Source of the DNA: Basidiobolus meristosporus CBS 931.73
Taxonomy: Eukaryota; Fungi; Basidiobolomycota
Length of the DNA: 41,650 nt
Assembly (NCBI GenBank): GCA_002104905.1
Contig: MCFE01000731.1
Span: 1-41,650, forward strand
Direction of reading: 5' to 3'
This document shows positions 12,561 through 22,537 of this stretch, piece after piece. The notes below the pieces were generated by a model, which saw nothing but the letters and a program-made list of their open reading frames with translations, searched no databases and had not been told where the DNA came from. A program made the position numbers and the translations under genes. Numbering within the stretch: the first letter of the stretch is position 1; every line of letters begins with the position of its first letter.

Positions 12561-14925
12561 GTTAACCAAATATCATTCAAAAATCAAATCAAAATACCAA
12601 TATCTTTCGCTACATATTCATTTTGAAAATCAGCAAGCAAAGAAAAGAAAAATACTTAAAATTTTGTTTGCAAAATGACATACTTGTTTGATTACGATTA
12701 CAGTTTTCTGATCTTTAAAATCAAAATTCATAACTGGATGTTTAAGCGGGCACACAACTTTGCATAAAAATCGGAAAAGAGTAATTCGGTAGTCGAACTT
12801 TATTGTAGCGGCTACTGGTGACCATCCACTCAGACTTGCCAACCTCTGACTGCTCCAGTGCGCTTGGTTTTCGTTGCTCTGTTGCCAGCCTCACGCGTTC
12901 CCCAAGTCTTTAATAACCTTGCCATCTCGCAATTACTTGAAGATGCCAATGTCAACACTAGGCTCCAGAGGACAACGCCCTCGACATGGATCGAAATCAT
13001 CAGCAGGGACCCACTACTCAAGCCTTCACCCAACCAGTTCTCCAGAAGCTTGAGCTACAGATAGACGCCACTCTACCCAACTGCTCACTTAATCGAAAAT
13101 TCAAATTTAGCGAAAGATAGAATGAAGGGGCTAAGAGTTATGGGATTGAGATTATTTATTACAATGCTTTAATATTCATTACCATCGCTTTAGGTTACCT
13201 TTACTGTTCCTTAGTAGACCCATACCACACTCACATACCTCAGGAATGACTGTATGGTGACACTCCTGCGTAATGATTTCGGGCAATAGCTATCTGTGCT
13301 GGGGCATAGGGCCAGTGGGGGGGTACAGAGAGGCATTGTAATCATCAATCTATTTATCTCGCTTCTAGCTCGATCCCCTAGTACCACAGACACTGTTTCA
13401 AAGGTGAAGTCCTTACTCCGGTAAGTCAGGTCCAAAAGCGTACGTGTTCTCTTAAAATATGCCTTGCATTGTTGTATACTACACTCACATCTCAGTAACC
13501 ATGGTCTATGGGTAGACAAATGCGCCAAAGAAAACGCTCAATCCGGAAGAAGAGTGTTTGACACGGTTATTCTGGAGATTGCCGACTTGATTCCTCATAG
13601 CTCATCTTACAATGGGAAGTGCGGAGTTTGGCCGGCATACCAACGCATGCACCGAAGTATTGAGGATGCATGGCTGTTATCGTACTTCTATTTCTCATCC
13701 AAAAAGGCTTCATTGAAATGAATGAACAAACCTGCGGTGTTACATACTCAGTTTTCTTGCCACCAACGCAGTGAATGTAGCCTCGATTCGGGTCTATCAT
13801 CTCAGCCCACCACTATGCCAAGACTTAGCCCGCTCTAGAGACATGAACAACTTGAATGGATTGATGGCCTAACCGAATATTTTGTTATGGCTTGACAAGG
13901 ACAATGAATAGCACTTATTGATTCATTAAATTGCACTTCGCTCATTTCACCAGTACTCTTGGTTCAACTCTAAGTAGGGCAATAGTGGCAATACCAAGTC
14001 TAACAACGCACTTGTATGCACAAGCACATGTCGGGATATGAGGGAAAGAGGATCAGGCAGTTAGTGCCCAGATGGTAAATATCTTAATCTTCAGTGTGTA
14101 TTTCCACGGGTAAAGTCTTATTAATGTAAGCTGTGGATAAACTTCACCACTAGTCACTACTTTAATGAATGAAAAGTAGTAAGCTTCTTATCCACAAAGC
14201 CATTGCATACCACTTAGTCATATCTATATTTACTTGTGCAAAATCAAAGAGTCATCCAACAAACACTTGCGTGTTATTGCAAATAGCGGCATCTAGATTT
14301 AAAATCAAGATTCATCGGTATTTTTGGGGTTCTCTAGCTAGTGTTTATCGCAGACCATGTGCAACAATGTTATATATCATTTATACTTTATAAGCGACAG
14401 TGCTACCTAGGGCGTTGCATATGTTGATTGAATATCATTACCGCTTTAAGTCTCAAACGGTATTCACTCTCATTCCATTGTTACAGACTGCTTAGCCACA
14501 ACAGCCATAGAATGTACATGCTACAGTAAACGTAATTATCAACATTGTCTATGCATCTCGAGGTCCTGATTTACTTTCCCGTTAGAGACCAAAGATGCCT
14601 TATTGGTGTAGAACTACCCCTACACAATAGCATATCTGATGAGCAACCCGGTTTATGGATTTTGATTTTGTGTATTAATACCACATTAACTCTGTACCAC
14701 TATGCCATAATGCTGCAGCTTTGTGTAACTGGTTTACATTACCCAGGTAACCTTCTGAGCTGGTTTACATTACCCGGGTAACTTTATTCTCTTGCACAAC
14801 CATTTGTAGAGCTAGCCACAGCGACTATCGACGAAAGTATGTGCAACAATGTGGAAATGATGCCTATATATTGAGCCAACCCTGCTGCTAGACATCATTC
14901 ACACACTAAGCTCTCAATCAAAACA

Positions 14926-15123
14926 ATGATGAAGAAATTTGCTGTCTCCTTGATGGTCGCCTTCCTTGTGGCCAGCTCCAGTTCCGGCTCCGTAGATGCT
15001 CTCTCGTGCCAAGCCCAAGGGAACTCAAGAGGCTCCTTGTGCGTTTCCGGTAGCTGCCCCACCGGTTGGAGATCCGTGTTCTGGGATACTGGATGCAAGT
15101 CTGGCCAAAGATGCTGTATCTGA
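14926..15123 (+). CDS. Secreted beta-defensin-like 6-Cys peptide, copy 1 (65 aa; ~40 aa mature)
   Basis: Signal peptide MMKKFAVSLMVAFLVASSSSGSVDA plus LSCQAQGNSRGSLCVSGSCPTGWRSVFWDTGCKSGQRCCI; Cys spacing C-x10-C-x4-C-x12-C-x5-CC. TATATA at ~14865. Confidence 0.85.
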   Translation: MMKKFAVSLMVAFLVASSSSGSVDALSCQAQGNSRGSLCVSGSCPTGWRSVFWDTGCKSGQRCCI

Positions 15124-15589
15124 TAGTTAATAAATCCAATATGTTCAATGTTGAATTTACACACAATAACGCAGATGCTAGAAACAGGACAGAGTATTCG
15201 GAGATTGACGCTTGAGAAGCAAGCAGCAACTATATAGCCAAAGTGTAGCAAAATATGTTTGCCTCCTCTTTATGTGAGAGAGTGTTTTGCACAGAGGAAG
15301 GATAAGTAACAGTGTACATGATGTTCTATATTGCTCATGCGTCAAGAGGACTTGCTTACTTTACATATTACAACTTTCCTTACCTGCCATTATGGAGGCC
15401 AGTTGTGTTGACACTCTCTACTTGCGCCCTTCAGGCATAAGTCAAATTTTGATATTCCGGAACACCAAAGATGTTGTATCTACGTAATAAATTATCTAAT
15501 GAACTATCGCCTAAGTCGTCGTAAAGAACACAACATATTTCAACCTTGCTGCTAGACATCATTCACACACTAAGCTCTCCATTAAAACA

Positions 15590-15787
15590 ATGATGATGAA
15601 GTTTGCAGTCTCCCTGATGGTTGCCTTCCTTGTGGCCAGCTCCAGTTCCGGCTCCGTAGATGCTCTCTCGTGCCAAGCCCAAGGGAACTCAAGAGGCTCC
15701 TTGTGCGTTTCCGGTAGCTGCCCCACCGGTTGGAGATCCGTGTTCTGGGATACTGGATGCAAGTCTGGCCAGAGATGCTGTATCTGA
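15590..15787 (+). CDS. Secreted beta-defensin-like 6-Cys peptide, copy 2
   Basis: Tandem duplicate 664 bp downstream of copy 1, with an identical mature peptide. Confidence 0.85.
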   Translation: MMMKFAVSLMVAFLVASSSSGSVDALSCQAQGNSRGSLCVSGSCPTGWRSVFWDTGCKSGQRCCI

Positions 15788-16176
15788 TGATTAATAAATC
15801 TATTACGTTCAATGTTGAATGCTAGAAATAATGCAAGTATACAAAGTAGCTGGATAAAGAAGTAAACAGTGTATGTTGGGGTATTCTAACCATACATGCT
15901 ACACATCATTTACAACAGTATAAATAAAAGTGCTACTCTGCCAAAAACCTCTGGTGGATGCTGGACAATAAGTATAAATCCACTAGTAGATGTATGTGAC
16001 TATTTATTCCCATAAGATCAGGGCCTGGGATCCCATTATAATCACTAATTAGTCTTAGTGCTTCTGTTTGATGCTTTCTATTCTGTTTATAGAATCATCC
16101 ACCTAGACTAGTGCTTCCAACAGTAATACTTGTGTGTGAATTTCATGATAGCATATTACCAAATCTTGTGAAAGGT

Positions 16177-16234
16177 TATTCACCCTATTCACCCTACTCA
16201 CCCTACTCACCCTATTCACCCTATTCACCCTATT
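16177..16234. repeat. 9-bp tandem repeat x6 (TAYTCACCC)
   Basis: tattcaccc x2, tactcaccc x2, tattcaccc x2, tatt; reads (GGGTGARTA)n on the minus strand. Confidence 0.9.
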
Positions 16235-16399
16235 AGGATCACTTAGACTACAGGCAAGCTCCCAAATACATAAACTGCCATTAGACAGTATTTGCGTGAT
16301 ATCAGGGTAAAACAAATCTAGCAAAATACCTATATGGCTGCAGGAGTACTCAAAATAAGAGTTCTAGATAATCTATTTTTCCTGCTTAGAAACACGTTG

Positions 16400-17660
16400 A
16401 TTTCTTCAGCACCTACATAGATCAGCGCAATAGCTGTTGCAGATTCAAAGTGGCGTCCGGCTGATAGATGCTTAACGGTCTCAAGGTTATTTAGGATATA
16501 CGCTGAGTTCTAGATTGTTTGGCAACATAAATTAAACAAAGCCTTTTCTAAAGGAAGCCAACGCTACTAAGGCAAAAGCAAAGACCTCAGGGGTGCCATA
16601 TCATATTGACCGCAACAGAAAAGGATTGTCTTCAGAAGTGCGGAGCGTGTGACACGATACTGATTGCTGGAACGGATGCCTATACATGGCAGTTGTACAC
16701 GTATATCTGATCAAAGTAGCAGTTCACACATATGTTAGATGCTCACAGTGCAATGAGCATAATACAGTTGGGTCAAAGGAATGCGGATTTGAACTCATTT
16801 ATTTCACAATGCTTCAGCTAAATATCCATAACAGCAACATCTCCAAGAGTCCACCGGCTACATAGGCACCAACCAAACCCTACGAAATTACCCATGTCTG
16901 GCTATCCACGCAGGCGGTCCCCTTTCTTCCTTCGAGGATCTGCTTGAAGGACAGCTCGCCAGTTCCGGGTCCTCTCCAAGTCCAGCGAATCCCTTTGACT
17001 GTGACTGAGGCGTAGTTCCCGTTGTTAGCTCTCTTGGCTCTGGCAATTTCTTCTCTGACATCGGCAGAATACAAACGGGCTTCTTGATCGGATACCATGG
17101 CTGAGAAAGTGGAGTGCAATAAGTCTTGAGACTGACAAGCCCACACCTGCTGCTTTATATCACCTTATCCAGGTGGTGGCTTAGTGTTGGCTGCTTCATA
17201 TGCCCTTTTCTACTAAGTATAGCGGCTTCCCACCTAAAGTGCTGAGTCTTAGGCCAAGCTTGGAGAAATGATCCAGAAATCATGAATGATTACAGTTGAG
17301 GCCAAATCTGCAACATTACCTGAGGAAACCAGTACTAGCTAAACACATCCATGAATATTTCCTTCTTGCCGGCACCGTCTCTATGCACCATGCCGGTCAT
17401 TGGTGACAAGGATTTACACCAATCAGCAATGAATCTGTTCTTGAAATAACAGGTTATATAATCAACCTGCCCAAAAGAATGACCGTGGTAGTCGGTGGCT
17501 GAGCTCTTAATCCGACGCTGTACTCCATCTGTGGCAGGGTAAAGTTTGCAATAGATAAGTGCATGTGTCTTGCAAGAAAGCATCGCCATCCAAGCTATCG
17601 ATGGTAGCAGCATAGCTAAAGCGTAACACAAATAAAGTGAACAGGCACAATTGGCTTGTT
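16400..17660 (-). pseudogene. Decayed secreted-enzyme gene, possibly class 3 lipase-like
   Basis: Minus-strand frames give a signal-like LCLFTLFVLRFSYAATID, then GMVHRDGAGKKEIF, WVIS*GLVGAYVA (resembling VxGHSLGGAxA) and YRVT, broken by stops and frameshifts. The family call is weak. Confidence 0.3.
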
Positions 17661-18431
17661 TCTTGACAAATAACTAATTGAAAACGCGTGTACTACAACA
17701 AGAAATTCCAAGGCAGCCTCAACTATCCCAAGCACTATCCACTCAATATCCCCAACTCTTGGCAAAAAACTAACCAATTTATTCTCGCCTGTACTGTGCT
17801 GTACACCCCATGACAGTCGTATCGTTCACCAATCAGCAACAACCCTAGGTTCTTGTAATAACTGGTTAATTTAATAAGCCTGCCCCAAAGCTTGACTGTG
17901 GTTGCTGCTCTCCAGTTGCGGCAGGGTCAGATCAGCAATATATTTAATCATGTGTAAGAAAACAGCACTACCAAAGGACAATACCTTCCAGGCAATGACA
18001 GGACTATTGTAAGAGACACTTGCCTTAAAGATGGAATAAAGATACCAAAAGTGGATGTTAAGCTCATAGGACTACACTGATACAAAAGAGTACCAAACCC
18101 CATTGAAATTGACCGCAATGACCTTGGACTTTCTCGACGGTAACCCTCAAGCTCATTAGTAAAAAATTACCGAAGTCCTTACTAACACGGATAGTTATTG
18201 CAAAAACTGAGAGAATTTGGAACGATATTAAGGATATCATTGACCAGATCGCCCTCATTCCTCACACTTTGAAGTGCAACCTATACTGTGTAGCCTTGGT
18301 ACGAAGAGGTAAAGTAGCAAAGGTTAAATCAATCTAGCTCGCATAAAGCAAGTGCTATGAACGAAGCCTAATTGAGTGGGATCGAGGTGATATAAATCGG
18401 CAAAATTCGCATGAGACTCCACCAGCCAGTC

Positions 18432-18956
18432 ATGCAGCTTTCCTTCCTCTTGCTAGTTTCCGCCATCGCTTCGTTGCAAGCAATCTCCGCTACCCCACTC
18501 GGTGACTCCCAGGTAGCCTTCACCAATGAGCCATGCGTCGAACAACAGGGTGCTTGTTATCAGGACACTTCGGCCCCCAGTCAAGAATACCAGCCGTCAA
18601 GTGAGGAGGGTGATGATTCGGAGATGAGTGAGCCAATGCAGACAAGCGAGACTTCGGGTGAGCAGCCAGGATCCTCTGGGTTGCAAGGGTTCGATATTTC
18701 CAATCTTCAACCATCCCAAGCCTTGCTGGACAAAATCAATGGCCATTCCTCCAGTAAAGCCAATGCCTTGTCCAACTCAAACCAGTTCGACCAAGCGCAA
18801 GTCATCGACCAAACCCTGTACCAGCCCAAGCAGCAACAGCCACAAATTATCATCACTCAGCCAGCAGCGCGTGCGCTTAGAGGTGGGTACAAGAAGTATA
18901 AGAGATCTGCTCGTCGCCACTTCAAAGTGAGATATTTCAGTGGAAACAGACATTAA
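18432..18956 (+). CDS. Family B secreted protein, 174 aa (acidic N-half, N/Q core, basic tail)
   Basis: MQLSFLLLVSAIASLQAISA signal; PCVEQQGACYQ; LLDKINGHSSSKANALSNSNQFDQAQVIDQTLYQP; tail GGYKKYKRSARRHFKVRYFSGNRH. TATAAA at ~18391. An alternative in-frame ATG lies at 18411. Confidence 0.85.
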   Translation: MQLSFLLLVSAIASLQAISATPLGDSQVAFTNEPCVEQQGACYQDTSAPSQEYQPSSEEGDDSEMSEPMQTSETSGEQPGSSGLQGFDISNLQPSQALLDKINGHSSSKANALSNSNQFDQAQVIDQTLYQPKQQQPQIIITQPAARALRGGYKKYKRSARRHFKVRYFSGNRH

Positions 18957-19317
18957 GTCCAGTAAAAGCAAATTTACGAAATAAAATGAGCAATATATTA
19001 CTAGGCATACTGATGATGTACAAGTATTCAAGAATTTACTGATATGCACACGCAGAAATAGCGTTCCTTATCGTTGTAAATAGTGGCATAATTTGTATTG
19101 AAGAGAATTATGGGCAGTGGTGATAGAACCATATAATATATACAGAGGCTGTCATTCCAGCGCATGTGTTTTATATGTTACAGGTTTCCTCAATAAAGTC
19201 CATAACAGAATGTATCTAATAATACTCACTTTATGCCCTCAGTTTAACCTTATTATATAGCCTCCCATGCTATATAGCGTCGTATGCAACTAACTTATTT
19301 CTCAGCTATTCTTCAGT

Positions 19318-19815
19318 ATGCGCTCTACTACCGTAGCAGTGATTCTAAGCCTTGCCGCTCTTCAAGTTGCCGTTGCTGCCCCAATCGGCTGTTCTTCTCC
19401 ATGTACTCGCGAGTATAGAGGGGTTCATTATCGCAGCTTACCATGTGCACAGTATGCGAGCGATTGCTACCAAAACGTTCGAGTTTTGCCTGTCGTTAAG
19501 ACGACGAATGTCCAATCCCCGTTATTGCGCCAGGTTTTCACCACCGTGACCAGAAAGCACGATAACCTGAACATTGCTAACGCCAACAGCAACAAAGGCT
19601 TCAATGTCAAGTATCAAGCAGGGCCCAGTCTCGAACTGGAGGGTGGGGCCAACGCATTAGAATACGCCAAGCAAAAGGGAGCGGAACACTCGGAAGATAG
19701 TTCTTTCTCTCCCTACGTTCTGATGCAGCCCACTCAAGATGTACAATACACGGCCCCTGTCGCAGAAATGCAATGCGTAGAAGATTGCCCAGAGCAAAAT
19801 GTTCAATACAATTAG
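19318..19815 (+). CDS. Family A secreted protein, 165 aa (C-terminus truncated by TAG just before the last Cys pair)
   Basis: MRSTTVAVILSLAALQVAVA signal; family A core PLLRQVFTTVTRKHDNLN.ANANSNKGFNVKYQAGPSLE. Confidence 0.85.
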   Translation: MRSTTVAVILSLAALQVAVAAPIGCSSPCTREYRGVHYRSLPCAQYASDCYQNVRVLPVVKTTNVQSPLLRQVFTTVTRKHDNLNIANANSNKGFNVKYQAGPSLELEGGANALEYAKQKGAEHSEDSSFSPYVLMQPTQDVQYTAPVAEMQCVEDCPEQNVQYN

Positions 19816-20204
19816 TGCGGCGACAATGCTTCAAATGTAGGTAGCCATCACCACACTATTACTGAAAATCTCCAATCAATAAAATTGAAATGACATTCTT
19901 ATATTTGTTGTTACTTGTGGTTATCATTAACTGGGTCTCCAGTGCTTTTTACTTGCACACACCTGTATCATTATCAGAACTGCGGGCATTAATATTAGAT
20001 ATTCACTTACGTACTAACATACTCACCCTCAGTCTTTAGTGATGCTGCCCTCCACCGAAAAGGTTGATATTAGAGAGAGTGTCTGGCAGGGTTACCGGAT
20101 TGACTTTGGTAACACAAAGATTCGAGATTGACAGACTGCCCAGTGACTGTTAGCATTGTGATATTTCCTCTTATCATTTTTGTGCAAGCTAAGAGTAAAA
20201 TAGA

Positions 20205-20286
20205 TGATGAGGGTGGGGTTCGAACCCACGCCTCCGAAGAGACTGCGACCTGAACGCAGCGCCTTAGACCACTCGGCCACCTCACC
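20205..20286 (-). tRNA. tRNA-Leu(CAG), 82 nt, intronless, long variable arm
   Basis: GGTGAGG acceptor stem pairs with CCTCATC (one G-U), followed by A73. D-arm GCCGAGTGGTCTAAGGC; anticodon stem CTGCG-TT[CAG]GT-CGCAG; T-arm GTGGG-TTCGAAC-CCCAC; T-run terminator downstream. Confidence 0.97.
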
Positions 20287-20608
20287 AGCTTGTACTAGGA
20301 CCTTACGAAAGAGTTTGAAAGGAAATATTCTTGAAGTACTACTATCACTCGAAGCAAGCATCATAAAGTATCTTTACCTATTGTTTTGTCGTTACCCATC
20401 AGTGTCTTTTCATAATGAAGATATGGCAATTGAATTTACGATCAATAAAAACAAAATCCCGGGTTTGGCAGACTAAATTAAACTGAAAATCAGTCGAGGA
20501 ACATAGATCTTTTCCTATGTAAATCATTTGTAAACGGAGCAATTGTCTAGATGATACTGAGTAAGAATATACAAAGGTAGCATATAAGTATCATTCGGTC
20601 ACTCTTAC

Positions 20609-21060
20609 TAAGTGGGATCGAGAAGGTGATATAAATCGGGAGTACAAGAAGTTACGCCACTTCAAAGTATGCTCCAGAAAATCATGGTGAGTCCCACAAA
20701 ACAATGGAAGAAATGAGTAAAAATAAGAACTATGGACATGTGTGAGGGGAATGCAGAATGCTGACAATCGTTAGAAGTGTGCCTGCAGGAACGCAACAGT
20801 AGCAGAGACAGAACTAAACGTTCAATACAATTAGTGTGCCGACAATTGCGCCCAACAGATAAATAAAGTTGAACTGAGAATAATCATTCTTTGCACAGTC
20901 TCACAGACTATTGCTCCATCCTCATTAAAATCAATTTCCATAACTGAATGTTCAAGTGGGCACACAACTTTGCATAAAAACTGGGAAATAGTAAGTTGGT
21001 AGTCAAACTTTATTGTAGTGGCTACTGTTGACCATCCACTCATACTGCTAATACCCACTC
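20609..21060 (+). pseudogene. Collapsed remnant of a B+A tandem unit (B promoter, B 3' end, A 3' end, downstream block)
   Basis: agtgggatcgagaaggtgatataaatcgg; gtacaagaag...cgccacttcaaag; gttcaatacaattagtgtgccgacaattgc. 20940-21050 matches 12720-12840. Confidence 0.7.
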
Positions 21061-22537
21061 TCCTTGTGTCACTTGTATTCTCCAACTATAACAGAGAGGT
21101 TGTGCTTTTTAGGAACCAGATGAGAAATATGGTAATCAATATGCATCAACATTTAAAACTTAGCCAACTTTGCTGCATTAGGAATTCTAGTACCCTGACT
21201 GATTTTCTCAAACCCAGACATAACTAATCCCAGTTATAGTTTACTTTATCCCACCTCACAATCTATTTTTAGCTGTCACACTTGATCAATTTGCATGTGG
21301 CATTACATTATCAACTTATCTGCCAAGCCTTCCCAGGTGGTTAGTCCTCTTAGATTCATTCAACCACTTGGCAGTTACTAAGATATCAACTGATTGATGA
21401 TGCAAACACTTTCCTGTGGAAGTGCTCAATGAAGGACAGCCAGATGCCTGCTGAATGCTGTGTAAAATACAAGTCTCCTTAACATTACAGCTTTCAGTAT
21501 TTGAAGTAACAGCTACTTGGAGAATATGTAGATGTATCATACCAAAGGACATGTGTCAAATTAGGTCTCATACCATCATGGGTAGCAACTAGATTTCTGT
21601 ACCCTGTATTGAAAGCATATGAAGAATCAATGCAATATACTGGCTGAATCCAGCAAATTGCCAGTAGAATGCCAGCTGAATATCATCAAGTAAAAGTAAA
21701 AAGTCCAAGTATGAAACATTTCATAGTGAGGTTCATTAGGAAAGCTGTCATTTATCTTGACAGTTATAACATACTTTATTTCAATAACTTGGTCAATTCA
21801 ACTCAAATAGTGCTGCATGCCACTTGACAAAGTAAGCCTGTATATTCTTATTGCAGCCAGCCGTTCTTGTTGTTTTAGTCATATGGTACCCTCAGAGACC
21901 TGCAACAACTACTTGCATATAGCTACAGATTTTGGCATTGCATTTGGCAACTAAACTTGTGCTTGCAATTGCAACTACTTGATGAGCCAGTATTGCCTAA
22001 AATTCCTTCAATCCTATAAACTTGAAGTTGTATCTTGAACTTGGCAGGAAAGCATTAATGAGTTCTGAGAACATTGAATATTACTTTGCTAATAGTGTGG
22101 AACATAGTAAAGTGATGTATGCAATTACATATGATTGTGTTAGGTGCTGGACATAAGTTGGGTTGGCAATACAGAAAACACAAGTTGACACATTTGGTCT
22201 GATTGGACTAGCACTGTTGTGCATGCAAGATATACACTACTAAAATGCACATAGCACCCTATGAAAACTTCAAATTCTGATATTCTACTCTTACTACATG
22301 GTGTTTGGGTGGTATTCTACTGGCATTTAGCTGGGATCCAGTCAGTGAACTTCATTAAATTTTTCAAGTGCATTTAACTCTGGAAACAACAGTCTAATTG
22401 CCACCAAGGTTGGTATGAGTGTCAATGTGGCCCAAGTCCCTCTGTTTGATATATCCACAGGCTGCCAAAGTTGCTGTAACATCAAATTCTGAGAGAGAAC
22501 TTCACAAAGTCCTGCTCTCCTATGGTATCTGACTGGC

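Noticed and set aside
13211-13800. Possible decayed spliced gene on the minus strand
   Set aside because: Several in-frame stops and no recognisable motif.
14895-15812. Antisense ORFs over the defensin-like genes, and similar shadow ORFs over the Hsp31, A, B, C and Copia genes
   Set aside because: Opposite-strand or alternate-frame shadows with no signal peptide or motif support.
19810-19900. Stop-codon readthrough of TAG in the family A gene (the same TAG occurs in the 20830 fragment)
   Set aside because: Other copies have GAG or CAT at this position. A nonsense change predating the duplication is the simpler explanation.
20205-20286. tRNA with CAG anticodon as a sign of CUG codon reassignment
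   Set aside because: It has U33 and discriminator A73 (Leu identity), not the G33/G73 of the CUG-Ser tRNA, so it is an ordinary tRNA-Leu.
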